A DNA stretch of 64,000 nt. Source: Candidatus Poriferihabitaceae bacterium. Lineage in GTDB: Bacteria; Pseudomonadota; Gammaproteobacteria; Arenicellales; Poriferihabitantaceae. The position numbers were made by a program, and so were the translations under genes. Below are positions 20,942 through 31,496 of the stretch, piece by piece. The stretch covers positions 1,969,419 to 2,033,418 of the forward strand of contig OZ243941.1 of assembly GCA_965214205.1 (NCBI GenBank), read 5' to 3'. Within the stretch, counting starts at the first letter, position 1. Each line of letters starts with the position of its first letter. The notes beneath the pieces are model-generated. The model made no database searches, had not been told where the DNA came from, and worked only from the letters and a program-made list of their open reading frames with translations.

Positions 20942-23241
20942 TCGACTTCAGGCGGTCCGGGAGCGAGCACCTCCCGTTTGCCGTTGACCGAAGGCGATAC
21001 CACCCCGGTCCGCTCCATGGTTTCGATCATTCTGGCCGCCCGATTGTAACCCACCCGCAAGACACGCTGCACGGAAGAAATGGAGGCTTTCCCGCTTTGG
21101 GTGACAAAACGGACAGCCTCGTCATACAACGGGTCCTCCTCCCCTTCTCCGTCCGCAGCCGCGCCTGGAGAGCCATTGTCCAGGGCGCTTTCGGTGATTT
21201 CCTCATCGTAGACGGGCTGCCCCAGTTTTTTTAGATCAGCGACAATCTTCGCGACCTCTTCATCCGAGACAAAAGAGCCATGCACCCGCTGGGTAAAACC
21301 GACGCCGGGAGGAAGAAACAACATATCGCCCTGCCCCAGGAGTTGCTCGGCGCCCATCTGGTCCAACACAGTTCTGGAATCAACGCGCGATGAGACCTGA
21401 AACGCCATTCTGGCAGGCACATTCGCCTTGATCAAGCCCGTCACCACATCCACCGAAGGCCGTTGGGTCGCAAGTACCAGATGGATGCCCGCGGCCCTGG
21501 CGCGCTGCGCGATGCGTATGATTATTTCCTCGATTTTCTTACCCGCTACCATCATCAGGTCAGCCAATTCATCCACGATAACAACAATATAGGGTAATGC
21601 CGTGAGTATCTCCGGTTCGGCATTTTCATTTTCCTCCGCGTCCGGGAGGGGGTTGACCAATGGACTGCCGGCGTTGGCCGCGGTTTCCACCTTGCGGTTG
21701 AAGCCCGTGATATTGCGCACGGAAACTTCCGCCATCAACCGGAATCGGCGATCCATCTCGACAATGCACCAGCGCAGCGCGTTCGCCGCCTTGTTCATGT
21801 CGGTCACGACCGGCGTCAGCAAATGAGGAATGCCGTCATAGACAGACAGTTCAAGAAACTTCGGGTCCACCATGATCATTCGCACCTGTTCGGGAGTGGA
21901 CTTATAAATCAGGCTCAGAATCAGGGCGTTGACGCAAACAGATTTCCCCGACCCGGTGGTTCCCGCAATCAACAGATGCGGCATTGCAGAGAGATCGGAA
22001 ATCACCGGATTGCCTGCGATATCCTTGCCCAGCACCAGCGTCAACGGCGAGTCGCTGCTTTCATATTCGTTCGACGACAGGCCTTCTATCAGCCGCACGA
22101 TTTCCCTGTGCTTGTTCGGGACCTCGATGCCAACGGTCGATTTACCCGGAATGTTTTCGACCACCCGGACACTGGCAACCGACAGGGAACGCGCCAGGTC
22201 ACGGGACAAACCCACAATCTGGCTCGCCTTGACGCCAGCTGCGGGTTCTATCTCGAAACGCGTGATGACCGGTCCTGGGCAGACCGCTTCCACGGTGATA
22301 TAGACATTGAAGTCCTTCAGCTTCTGGATCAGCAATCGGGACATCGTCTCCAGAACTTCCGTGGAATAACCCCTGCCGTCCGCAACCACCGGGTCGAGCA
22401 GCGACAATTCGGGTAATGCGCCTCCGCTTTTCGGTTCCGGCGAAACGGGCGGGCTTTCCGGCTTTTCAGGCTCGTCCCGCCCGGCGTCCTGAATCAGGGG
22501 TTCTATCTTCGGCGACTGGCTCGAAGGCGGCTCTGGCCTGGACTTTTTGACCGGGGGCTTTTTCACCTTGCCGGGCTTTTTACGCTTCCTGTCAACGAGC
22601 AGGGCTTCGATTTTCCTTCTGACCCAGCCTGCGGCAACGAAAGCCAGATAGCCGGTACGGTCCATCAGGGTCAACCATGAAAAGTGCCCGACCAGCGTAA
22701 TCCCGGTGATCAGCAGGCCGAGCAGAATCACCGTGGCGCCAACGGTTCCAAAATTCAACTGCAGCGGCCGGGCTCCGTATTGACCGATAATTCCTCCTGC
22801 GTTGAAATTGATTGCCGCGTCGTGAATCGGGAAATAGATATGTTCCAGAACGCAGGCGCCGGTCATCGCGGCTACAAATCCGAAAATCGTCAGGAAATAT
22901 CTGAAATCCGTCGCCTTGTCCAAAAACCGTTCCCGATACCTGCGCCATACCGTGACACACAGAAGAATCAGGAACAGCCAGGACATTCGCCCGAACACGG
23001 TGTACAGCAGGTCGGAAATCCAGGCGCCCACCTTGCCCCCGGTATTGATGATTTCCTTTGCGCTGCCTGTATGCGTAGGCCCGGGATCAACGGGAGACCA
23101 GGTGAACAGGGAAATGAACAAATATCCAAACAGCGCGATAACAGAGATTATCCCGGCTTCCCGCAGCATGGGCCGGAGGCTTTTTGGAAAACCCGGGCCG
23201 GTTTTCAGAGCTTTCAGGATTTTCTTTCTGGTTTTGTTCAC
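20938..23241 (-). CDS. ftsK: DNA translocase FtsK
   Basis: N-terminal TM domain, Pro-rich linker, motor domain with GTTGSGKS, and a C-terminal gamma domain. Confidence 0.95.
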   Translation of the reverse strand: MNKTRKKILKALKTGPGFPKSLRPMLREAGIISVIALFGYLFISLFTWSPVDPGPTHTGSAKEIINTGGKVGAWISDLLYTVFGRMSWLFLILLCVTVWRRYRERFLDKATDFRYFLTIFGFVAAMTGACVLEHIYFPIHDAAINFNAGGIIGQYGARPLQLNFGTVGATVILLGLLITGITLVGHFSWLTLMDRTGYLAFVAAGWVRRKIEALLVDRKRKKPGKVKKPPVKKSRPEPPSSQSPKIEPLIQDAGRDEPEKPESPPVSPEPKSGGALPELSLLDPVVADGRGYSTEVLETMSRLLIQKLKDFNVYITVEAVCPGPVITRFEIEPAAGVKASQIVGLSRDLARSLSVASVRVVENIPGKSTVGIEVPNKHREIVRLIEGLSSNEYESSDSPLTLVLGKDIAGNPVISDLSAMPHLLIAGTTGSGKSVCVNALILSLIYKSTPEQVRMIMVDPKFLELSVYDGIPHLLTPVVTDMNKAANALRWCIVEMDRRFRLMAEVSVRNITGFNRKVETAANAGSPLVNPLPDAEENENAEPEILTALPYIVVIVDELADLMMVAGKKIEEIIIRIAQRARAAGIHLVLATQRPSVDVVTGLIKANVPARMAFQVSSRVDSRTVLDQMGAEQLLGQGDMLFLPPGVGFTQRVHGSFVSDEEVAKIVADLKKLGQPVYDEEITESALDNGSPGAAADGEGEEDPLYDEAVRFVTQSGKASISSVQRVLRVGYNRAARMIETMERTGVVSPSVNGKREVLAPGPPEVE

Positions 23242-23280
23242 CGGGCAATCAATCTGATTGAATCAGACCGGATTCTAGCA

Positions 23281-24231
23281 TCAAGTATGTTCTCCGGGAT
23301 GGAGTCTTTTCAGTACCGCGTTCAACTGCTCCGGTAAAGGCGCGTCGAAATTCATCAGCCTGCCCGAATCCGGGTGCGCGACAGCAAGGGCGCGGGCATG
23401 CAGAAACAAACGGCCTAGCCCCGCTTTCCTCATTGTCCGGTTGAAATCACGGTCGCCATAAGCGCGGTCACCGGCGACAGGATGGCCCGCCGCGGCGCAG
23501 TGTACCCGCGCCTGATGCATCCTTCCGGTTTCAAGCCCAAGACGCACCAGGGTTTCCCTCGCATAGCAGGCAACGGTGGAGACCACACTGGCCGCTCTCT
23601 GACCATTCCGGTCCACCCTGATTTTTTTCATGTCGTCGGTTGTCATTCTTGACAGGGGAAGGTCAATTCGCTGATCGGTTGCCTGCCAATTTCCTTTCAC
23701 CAGGGCCAGATAGGTTTTTTCCGCCGGATGTTCAGCGCTGAATTGCGATTGTATCGCCAACAGGGCCTTTCTGGATTTGGCCAGCATCAGACAACCCGAT
23801 GTTTCCCGGTCCAGTCGATGCGCGAGCTCGATAAAGGGCAGTCCGGGTCGGAGTTGACGCACCGCCTCGATCAATCCGAACGGCAAACCTGAACCACCGT
23901 GCACAGCCAGACCGGAAGGCTTGTCAATCACCATCAGATGCTCGTCCTCGAACAGAACCGGGATACTCTCCAGCAGCCTGGGAGGAATCACGACTCTGCC
24001 CTTGTCCGAACTTATCCGCAATGGCGGGACTCTGACCCGGTCACCCGCAGCCAGCTTGCGCGACACCCTGATCCGGGAGCCATTGACCCGGACTTCACCG
24101 CTGCGCACGGCCTTGTATATCCGGCTTTTCGGCACCCCCTTCAAATGCCTGATCAGGAAATTATCCACCCTCTGACCCTGCTCACCGGGACCGATTATTC
24201 TGACATCATTCGGTATTGGGGGAGCGACCAT
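23281..24231 (-). CDS. rluC: 23S rRNA pseudouridine synthase, RluC-like
   Basis: S4 domain (GQRVDNFLIRHLKGVPKSRIYKAVRSGEVRVNG) and catalytic HRLDRETSG. Confidence 0.85.
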   Translation of the reverse strand: MVAPPIPNDVRIIGPGEQGQRVDNFLIRHLKGVPKSRIYKAVRSGEVRVNGSRIRVSRKLAAGDRVRVPPLRISSDKGRVVIPPRLLESIPVLFEDEHLMVIDKPSGLAVHGGSGLPFGLIEAVRQLRPGLPFIELAHRLDRETSGCLMLAKSRKALLAIQSQFSAEHPAEKTYLALVKGNWQATDQRIDLPLSRMTTDDMKKIRVDRNGQRAASVVSTVACYARETLVRLGLETGRMHQARVHCAAAGHPVAGDRAYGDRDFNRTMRKAGLGRLFLHARALAVAHPDSGRLMNFDAPLPEQLNAVLKRLHPGEHT

Positions 24232-24240
24232 GCCAAAGCG

Positions 24241-25428
24241 TTATTTGATCTGATTTTTAAAATGGCCGACGAAATGGCGTGTCTGTTGCGCGATCAGTCC
24301 GATGCCGACCAGAGTTAGCGCGAGGTTGATGAAACCGCCGACCCACGGGATGTTGACAACAAACAGGATGACCACAAGCCCCGATAGCAGGGTCAACGGA
24401 TAATTGTCCATGCGTTTGAACGGTCCGGGCAACAATCGGCCGATAAATGAAGCCAGTAGGATCTTGGCAAAGTAAGCCACCAGCAATAACAGGAAAAAGC
24501 CGATTACGGTAAAAGGCAGGCCGACCAGGGTCACGGCGCTGACCAGCATGAAAACCGGCAGCGCCACCGCTGTCAGCAGACCGATACCGAGCGCCTTGAA
24601 CCCTTCAGCCGCATTACTGATGTCGAGCCTGCGAAGACAGGGCACGCACCATAACAGAACCAGCCCTGCAACGAAGGCGCTGGCCAGACGAAACAACTGC
24701 AACAGGTAGTAGCCGCCCTCTGCGTAGTAGCTGCTTTGTGAGCGCTCGCCGCGCGATTCGTGGTCAGTCTTGCTGGAATGAACATTGACCTCGCCACCAA
24801 CCGTTGCAGCCGCGGATTGCCGCAAGGCGTTATCGCGGTCGGTTCGCACTGAGAGATCGCCGCCAATCCGGGCATCGTTCAACAAGTGGACACGACGGGC
24901 AAACACATCCAGGTCCCGACCGACCATTCCGCTGACTTCCAGCTTCTCGGCGAACGCCAGGGCATCGTGCCCGATTTGACCGGCAATCCCCGCCCGTCTT
25001 GCGGCGATCATGGCATTTCCGGCGATTTGTGTCGCGGGATCGATACGGAGGCTTTCACCGGCGCCCCAAAGATCGCCGGAAACGGTCGCGCTGATGAGGT
25101 CCATGGACGCTCCGGAACCCAGTATCATTCCTCCAACCTGCCCCTGGACCGTAACCTCTTCCGCGAAAGCAATGAGATTGCCGCCGATACTGCCGCGAAC
25201 AACAACCCGACGCGCGAACGCGAACAGATCCCTCGTGATCACGCCTTCAATCACCACGGTCTCCCCGGCGGCGATCAGCGTGTCATCAATGGTCTGCTCT
25301 TTCGGGATCGTCACCTCTCGTTCTAAAATGCGGCGCTCAAGCGCGCTTGCATCCGGCGCGAACAACGCCGCCGCGAGTGTCAGTATGACCAGAGCGGCGG
25401 CCAGGCAGGTTGTTTTCTGATCATTCAT
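24241..25428 (-). CDS. Membrane-anchored protein with bactofilin-like beta-helical repeats
   Basis: Signal/TM N-terminus, then ~200 aa of degenerate V.G.I.GDL-type repeats, then a Ser/Tyr-rich linker and ~4 C-terminal TM helices. Confidence 0.5.
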   Translation of the reverse strand: MNDQKTTCLAAALVILTLAAALFAPDASALERRILEREVTIPKEQTIDDTLIAAGETVVIEGVITRDLFAFARRVVVRGSIGGNLIAFAEEVTVQGQVGGMILGSGASMDLISATVSGDLWGAGESLRIDPATQIAGNAMIAARRAGIAGQIGHDALAFAEKLEVSGMVGRDLDVFARRVHLLNDARIGGDLSVRTDRDNALRQSAAATVGGEVNVHSSKTDHESRGERSQSSYYAEGGYYLLQLFRLASAFVAGLVLLWCVPCLRRLDISNAAEGFKALGIGLLTAVALPVFMLVSAVTLVGLPFTVIGFFLLLLVAYFAKILLASFIGRLLPGPFKRMDNYPLTLLSGLVVILFVVNIPWVGGFINLALTLVGIGLIAQQTRHFVGHFKNQIK

Positions 25429-25516
25429 GATCGTGTCTGTTGGTTGTCGAGATTATCCGGGACAGTGTATATGGTGGTGACCAGTAGTACAATACGCCCG
25501 TATCCTTAAATTCATA

Positions 25517-26902
25517 TTGAAAATGTCACCAGATACTCCTGTAGAAAACAAGGCCAGGGGCAAGCTCCCGGCTGATCTTCGAAACTGGCTCAACAGCAAT
25601 TACATAGAAGAGATTGAAGCGGTCGTTCCGGATATGACCGGCGCGGCGAAAGGGAAAATCCTGCCTGCCGGAAAATACCAGGAAGATGTCGGACTGCGAT
25701 TGCCGGAGAGCATTTTCGGACAAACCGTGAATGGTGATTACCCCGATGAATGGGATGTGCTGGATGAGTCAGATGGCGATATGTTTCTGAAACCGGACCC
25801 ATCCACGGTGCGGCCGGTTCCGTTTGCCGGCGACCCCACCGCGGTGATCATTCACGACTGTTATCATTTTGATGGAAAACCGGTGGAGGTTTCTCCAAGA
25901 CAGGTATTGAGAAGGGTTTTAAATTTCTATCAGGAGCATGACTGGACGCCAGTGGTCGCTCCCGAAGTGGAATTTTACCTGGTCAAGCGGAATACGGACG
26001 CGGATTACCCTTTGGAGCCGCCGGTCGGGCGGTCCGGTCGTCCGGAAGCCGGGAGACAGTCCTTCAGCATTGACGCAGTCAATGAGTTCGACCCGTTGTT
26101 CGAGGACCTGTATGACTATTGTGAAACCCAGGACATCGGAATCGAGACCCTGATCCATGAGTCAGGAGTCACCCAGATGGAAATCAACCTTCTGCACGGT
26201 GACGCGCTTGAACTGGCTGATCAGGTTTTTCTTTTCAAGCGGGGGATGCGAGAAGTGGCCTTGCGCCATGAAATGTATGCCACCTTCATGGCCGCGCCAA
26301 TGGAAAATCAGCCAGGCAGCGCCATGCACCTGCATCAGAGCCTGGTTGACGGCGCAGGCTCGAATATTTTCACGGGCCGGGATGGACGGGAAAGCGAACT
26401 GTTCAGATGGTATATCGGCGGACTGCAGCAATATCTTCCAGCCGCTATGGCCCTCATCGCGCCCAACGTCAATTCCTACCGCCGACTGGCGCCTGACAAA
26501 TTCGGCACCCCGATCAATATCGAATGGGGCTACGACAACCGCACCGCGGGATTGCGTGTCCCGGTTTCAAATCCCCAGGCGCGCCGGGTGGAGAACCGGA
26601 TCGCGGGCGCGGATGTCAACCCGTATCTGGCCATTGCGGCGTCCCTGGCCTGCGGCTACCTTGGAATGAAGCGCCGGATTGATCCGAAACAGCCGGTTTC
26701 GGGGGATGCCGGAGAGGTAACAACCACCCTGCCCCATACCTTGAGAGAGGCGGTCGATGAATTGCTCAAATGCGAAGAGTTGCATGAAATGCTCGGCGGG
26801 AAATTTGTCCGATTGTACAGCAGTGTCAAGCATCACGAGTACAATATCTTCCTGAACGTCATCAGCGCCTGGGAAAGAGAGCACCTGTTGCTCAGCGTTT
26901 AG
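25517..26902 (+). CDS. Glutamine synthetase family protein (gamma-glutamyl-polyamine synthetase-like)
   Basis: 461 aa with a GS catalytic domain (HESGVTQMEINL, GSAMHLHQSL, NRTAGLRVP..RVENRIAGADVNPYL). Confidence 0.85.
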   Translation: MKMSPDTPVENKARGKLPADLRNWLNSNYIEEIEAVVPDMTGAAKGKILPAGKYQEDVGLRLPESIFGQTVNGDYPDEWDVLDESDGDMFLKPDPSTVRPVPFAGDPTAVIIHDCYHFDGKPVEVSPRQVLRRVLNFYQEHDWTPVVAPEVEFYLVKRNTDADYPLEPPVGRSGRPEAGRQSFSIDAVNEFDPLFEDLYDYCETQDIGIETLIHESGVTQMEINLLHGDALELADQVFLFKRGMREVALRHEMYATFMAAPMENQPGSAMHLHQSLVDGAGSNIFTGRDGRESELFRWYIGGLQQYLPAAMALIAPNVNSYRRLAPDKFGTPINIEWGYDNRTAGLRVPVSNPQARRVENRIAGADVNPYLAIAASLACGYLGMKRRIDPKQPVSGDAGEVTTTLPHTLREAVDELLKCEELHEMLGGKFVRLYSSVKHHEYNIFLNVISAWEREHLLLSV

Positions 26903-26969
26903 AACGGTTCAGCGTTCAGGGCCGGTTCAGGACAGCGGATGGCCTGATCGGAAAACAGGCGCAGCCGGG

Positions 26970-27872
26970 TTATCCGCTTTTCTCCGGTCTGGCGTCAAAT
27001 ATCAGATTAGCGGCGTTCAGCGCCGTAAAGTGCCGGCTTTTCGCCCTGGCGATCAGGGTTACGCCCAGATCGACCGCAAGGTCATAACCCATATTGGTGG
27101 TGCCGTTACGGGAAACCAGTACCGGAATACCCATCAGGGCGGCCTTCATCACAATCTCAGAAGTCAGTCGGCCTGTGGTATAGAATATCTTGTCGTTACC
27201 GGGTATTCCCTTCAGCCACATTTCCCCGGAAATCGCATCCATCGCGTTATGACGGCCGACATCTTCAATAAAGATCAGCACCTCGCCATCCTTGCACAGT
27301 CCGCAGCCATGCACCGAGCCCGCTGCCCGATACGCCTTGTTGAACCCGGCAACCTGTTTCAATACCCGGTAAATATCGGACTGCCTGATCTCGACATCCG
27401 GCAACCTGTGTCGATACAGTTTGTCCAGAGTACAGCTCAGTATCGTACCCTGTCCGCAACCACTGGTGACCGTTCTTCGGGACGTATCGAGTCCACGTAT
27501 ACCGTGCCCGTCCATGGTAGTGACGGTTGCCAGCTCACGTTCCCAGTCAACCTCTATGGACTGGATATCCAGCGGGCTTTCAAACAGGGTCTGATTGCGC
27601 AAATATCCCAACGTCAACAGTTCCGGGTGGGTTCCGAGTGTCATCAGGGTGACCAGCTCCCGACCGTCCACTTTTATGGTAAGAGGCAACTCGCCGACAA
27701 TATTGATTTCCCGGTCTTCACCATACTGATTGCGGGAGGGCGCCTGATAAATACCTTCCAGTCCCGCATTGCTCAATACCGGAAGAGAACGCTCCATAGC
27801 CGCCACTCCCAATTCAATCGTCGGGCTATCGTCCTGGATTAATGGAATACCTGAATAATTCATCCGGTGCAA
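26970..27872 (-). CDS. fdhD: Formate dehydrogenase accessory sulfurtransferase FdhD
   Basis: VTSGCGQG.. and EDVGRHNAMD motifs. The start may be the internal ATG at 27797. Confidence 0.87.
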   Translation of the reverse strand: MHRMNYSGIPLIQDDSPTIELGVAAMERSLPVLSNAGLEGIYQAPSRNQYGEDREINIVGELPLTIKVDGRELVTLMTLGTHPELLTLGYLRNQTLFESPLDIQSIEVDWERELATVTTMDGHGIRGLDTSRRTVTSGCGQGTILSCTLDKLYRHRLPDVEIRQSDIYRVLKQVAGFNKAYRAAGSVHGCGLCKDGEVLIFIEDVGRHNAMDAISGEMWLKGIPGNDKIFYTTGRLTSEIVMKAALMGIPVLVSRNGTTNMGYDLAVDLGVTLIARAKSRHFTALNAANLIFDARPEKSG

Positions 27873-28013
27873 TCTTCGCTACTATTCGCCACTCATCAAT
27901 CGGCATTGCAATCTACCATAAAATGAAGCGGAACTAACGTTAACAGTGTGATAATGTCCGCAAGTATGTCACAATAATAAATGTCAAAATAATCATCCAA
28001 TAGAGGAAAATCA

Positions 28014-29009
28014 ATGTATTTGAAATTTACGCATAAAATTGCCACCGGATTCACGGGTATCGCAGCGGCTGCCATGCTGACCATGGCTGGGCCTTCTCAC
28101 GCTGCCGATTGCGGTGAAGTATCCATTACCGAGATGAACTGGGCTTCATCACAGATCATCACGGAAGTCTCCAAGTTTCTGATGGAGCAGGGATACGGCT
28201 GCACCATTGAGAAGGTGCCGTCGGCAACCACCACGTCGGTCGCATCCCTGGCCGAGAACGGAGAACCGGACATTGTTACCGAATTGTGGTTGAACTCGAC
28301 TGGCGATGTCTATGCGAAGCTGGAAGCGGATGGCAAGGTATCCCGTCTGGCTGATGTCATTGCGCCGGGTGGCCTGGAAGGCTGGTGGGTTCCTGAGTAT
28401 CTTGCGAAAGCCAATCCAGCCCTGGCTACCATCGAAGGAGTCATGGCGAACCCTGATCTGGTTGGCGGACGTTTCAATAACTGTCCCGACGGCTGGGGTT
28501 GTCGCATTGTCAACGACAACCTGATCAAGGCGCTCGATATAAAAGGCGCCGGAATCGAGGTTTTTGACCATGGTTCGGGCGAGACGCTGGCCACCTCAAT
28601 TGCCGCCGCCTATGAAAACGAAGAACCGTGGTTCGGTTATTACTGGGGACCGACCTCTGTGCTGGGTCAATACAAGATGACCAAGGTATCCCTCGGTGAT
28701 ATTGATACTGAAATTCATACAGGCAATCAGAACAAGGACAATCCGTCACCCGGAGTTTCCGACTTTCCGCCTGCTCCGGTATTGACTGTCGCCACGGCCG
28801 ACCTGGCCGCGCAGAAACCGGAGATCGCCGAACTCATGGGCAATGTGAGCTTTGATGTAGCCCTGATGAGTTCCCTGCTCGCCTGGCAGGAACAAAACGG
28901 AGCTTCAGCCGAAGAAACGGCGGTGTATTTCCTCTCTACACAGTCCGATGTTTGGGCGCAGTGGGTAAATGACGCGGCCCGTGAGAAACTGTCCGCCCTG
29001 ATCCAGTAA
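28014..29009 (+). CDS. Glycine betaine/proline betaine ABC transporter substrate-binding protein
   Basis: Signal peptide ending in AHA, ProX/OpuAC-like aromatic-rich sequence, and position upstream of the ProW/ProV homologues. Confidence 0.82.
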   Translation: MYLKFTHKIATGFTGIAAAAMLTMAGPSHAADCGEVSITEMNWASSQIITEVSKFLMEQGYGCTIEKVPSATTTSVASLAENGEPDIVTELWLNSTGDVYAKLEADGKVSRLADVIAPGGLEGWWVPEYLAKANPALATIEGVMANPDLVGGRFNNCPDGWGCRIVNDNLIKALDIKGAGIEVFDHGSGETLATSIAAAYENEEPWFGYYWGPTSVLGQYKMTKVSLGDIDTEIHTGNQNKDNPSPGVSDFPPAPVLTVATADLAAQKPEIAELMGNVSFDVALMSSLLAWQEQNGASAEETAVYFLSTQSDVWAQWVNDAAREKLSALIQ

Positions 29010-29122
29010 GCGAGCGGTTATCGTGGCGCGGCCTTTTTTACTGGTCGCGCCAACCGTTATCACGCAACAGGATGTCCGGGGGCTTCTGCTTGGCTCCCGG
29101 GTATTCGGCAAGGTGAACCAGA

Positions 29123-30157
29123 TTGGCAACGTATGAATTTGTTTTCGATGGTCTCGGACTGCGAGACTGGTGCGACTCCGGCGGCGCTGGAGACGCTCCG
29201 ATGTCGATGGCCGACCTGCTCGCACAAAGCGGAGGAGGCGCGAAAGACACCTCGCTATGGGAGCTCCCCTTCCCGTCTCTGGATGCGCTGAATGACTCCT
29301 GCGCGAGAATCATTCAGTCCAGAGATCTGACGAAGGGGGTCGAGCAGGGGTTTCTGGCGATCAAGGATGCCTTGCGCTTTGTGCTGGACCCGATGACTCA
29401 ACCGCTCAGCTGGATACTCGAATTCGCGCTTGCGACCTTCGAGTGGACACCCTGGTGGATCATGCTTCCGGTCCTCATCCTGATCGTCTATCTGGCGTCG
29501 AAATCTGTCCGTATTGCTGTCTTTGTAGCGGCTTGTCTGGCTTTTCTGGCCGGGATTGACCACTACGAATTCGCCATGCAGACGCTGGCGATTATCTTCG
29601 TCTGCGCTTTTTTATGCGTTCTTTTAGGCGTGCCGATCGGTATTGCCATGTCGCGCAGCAATACGCTGCAACGCATGACCATACCCATACTGGATATGTT
29701 GCAGACTCTGCCGCCATTCGTCTATCTGATTCCGCTTATCTTCCTGTTTTCGGTGACAGAGCCGAAACTCTACGGCATTGCCATTATCCTGTACGCCATT
29801 GTTCCGGTGATTCGTCTGACTGATCTCGGTATCCGGCTGGTTGACCAGGACGTGATTGAGGCGGCCAATGCCTTTGGCATGACAGATCGCCAAAAACTTT
29901 TTGGCGTGCAGATTCCGTTGGCGCTCCCGAACATTATGGCCGGAGTCAACCAGACCATTATGATGAGCCTTGCCATGGTCGTCATCGCCTCGCTGGTTTC
30001 AGCGCCGGGACTGGGTGTTCTGGTGCTTCGCGGCATCCGCAATCTCGAGTTGGGAGTCGGCCTGATATCCGGTCTTGGCATCGTTCTCCTGGCTATTATT
30101 CTTGACCGCGTCACAAAAGCCGCCCTTGACCGCGTCAACGAATCGCAAAAGCATTGA
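29123..30157 (+). CDS. Glycine betaine/proline ABC transporter permease (ProW-like)
   Basis: Long cytoplasmic N-terminus followed by a polytopic domain with an EAANAFGMTDRQKLFGVQIPLALP (EAA loop) motif. Confidence 0.88.
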   Translation: MATYEFVFDGLGLRDWCDSGGAGDAPMSMADLLAQSGGGAKDTSLWELPFPSLDALNDSCARIIQSRDLTKGVEQGFLAIKDALRFVLDPMTQPLSWILEFALATFEWTPWWIMLPVLILIVYLASKSVRIAVFVAACLAFLAGIDHYEFAMQTLAIIFVCAFLCVLLGVPIGIAMSRSNTLQRMTIPILDMLQTLPPFVYLIPLIFLFSVTEPKLYGIAIILYAIVPVIRLTDLGIRLVDQDVIEAANAFGMTDRQKLFGVQIPLALPNIMAGVNQTIMMSLAMVVIASLVSAPGLGVLVLRGIRNLELGVGLISGLGIVLLAIILDRVTKAALDRVNESQKH

Positions 30158-31233
30158 GCGCGGGAGACTGCATGGACGAACCTGTCAAAATATCAATCCG
30201 TAACCTGTACAAGGTATTCGGCCCCGAGCCACAAGCTGCTCTTGAGCGCGTCATGGCGGGAATGGACAAGACTGAACTGCTGGAAAAGCATCATCACGTA
30301 CTGGGGCTGCGAGACATCAATGTAGATATGCGTGATGGTGAGGTTACCGTCATCATGGGGCTTTCCGGCTCCGGCAAGTCAACACTGATTCGCCACTTTA
30401 ATCGCCTGATCGAACCTACGGCCGGACAGGTTGAGGTGGATGGTGAAAATGTGCTGGGTTATGGTGAAGAAGACCTGCGTAACCTTCGACGTTCCATGAT
30501 GTCGATGGTCTTTCAGCGATTTGCTCTGTTACCCCACCGCACGGTAATCGAGAACGCCGCTACCTCGCTAAAGGTGCGCGGTATTGGCAAGAGCGAGTAT
30601 CTGGCCGAAGCGCAAAAGTGGCTGGATCGCGTGGGTCTGGCCGGATACGACAATCGTTACCCGCACCAGCTTTCCGGCGGCATGCAGCAGCGCGTCGGTA
30701 TCGCCCGCGCGTTGACCTCCAATTCTCCCATCATGCTGATGGATGAAGCATTCTCGGCGCTGGATCCTCTGATTCGCACCGACATGCAGGACCTGCTGCT
30801 GGAGTTACAGACTGAGCTTCACAAGACCATCGTCTTCATCACCCATGATCTGGATGAAGCGCTCAAGATCGCTGATCACCTCGTGATTCTCAAGGATGGT
30901 TTCATCGTGCAGCAGGGCGAGCCGCAACACATCCTGCTAAATCCGAACGATCCTTACATTGAAGACTTCGTAAGCGACATCAACCGCGCTCGCGTACTGC
31001 GTGTCCGCTCAATCATGATTCCACTCGAAGGCGATGCTGTGCCACCCGACGCTCATGGCGAAGTGGGCTACAACGATACACTGGAAAGCGTCATCGCCCG
31101 CTCCGGTGGCGACACGTCACACGCATATATCGTGATGGGAGACGACGGCCCGGTCGGCACTCTGGACATGACCCGCCTGATCAAGGCGCTGGTGCCACGC
31201 GTAGCCTCCGAGGCCGGAGCCAGAAAATACTGA
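30154..31233 (+). CDS. Glycine betaine/proline ABC transporter ATPase (ProV-like)
   Basis: GLSGSGKST, LSGGMQQRVGIARAL, LMDEAFSALD, plus a C-terminal CBS-like regulatory region. Confidence 0.92.
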   Translation: MSAGDCMDEPVKISIRNLYKVFGPEPQAALERVMAGMDKTELLEKHHHVLGLRDINVDMRDGEVTVIMGLSGSGKSTLIRHFNRLIEPTAGQVEVDGENVLGYGEEDLRNLRRSMMSMVFQRFALLPHRTVIENAATSLKVRGIGKSEYLAEAQKWLDRVGLAGYDNRYPHQLSGGMQQRVGIARALTSNSPIMLMDEAFSALDPLIRTDMQDLLLELQTELHKTIVFITHDLDEALKIADHLVILKDGFIVQQGEPQHILLNPNDPYIEDFVSDINRARVLRVRSIMIPLEGDAVPPDAHGEVGYNDTLESVIARSGGDTSHAYIVMGDDGPVGTLDMTRLIKALVPRVASEAGARKY

Positions 31234-31290
31234 ACCCCCGGCCAGGATTTAGCCACTGCATTCCCGTTCTCCGGAACGATTACCAACCCG

Positions 31291-31415
31291 TGATCGTAGG
31301 GGCGGGTCTTGTGCCCGCCCGCGAATGGTGGATACCTGTTCCGACATTGTGGGACGGCACAATCATTCCCCCCTTGAGGGGGAATCACATCGCGCGAAGC
31401 GGGTGTGATGGGGGG
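31291..31415. repeat. REP-like hairpin cluster, left island border
   Basis: GGGCGGG-TCTTGTG-CCCGCCC hairpin. ATTCCCCC-CTTGA-GGGGGAAT hairpin (31365-31385). ATCACA..TGTGAT hairpin (31384-31409). Confidence 0.7.
31300..31332 (+). repeat. 33-bp direct repeat, left copy
   Basis: GGGCGGGTCTTGTGCCCGCCCGCGAATGGTGGA is identical to 42423-42455. No other copy was seen in the window. Confidence 0.9.
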
Positions 31416-31496
31416 AACAACCGTCATCGCTGTACCTGTCCACAAATGTCGAAACGCGCTGGCTCAAGAGTGCGACACCCTCAAACCAAACAGTAC

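Noticed and set aside
29025-29051. Hairpin GGCGCGGCC-TTTTTTACT-GGTCGCGCC between the betaine-binding-protein gene and the permease gene, considered as a terminator.
   Set aside because: No U-tract follows the stem on the sense strand. It is more likely an intra-operon mRNA-stabilising or partial attenuation structure, with too little support to call as a feature.
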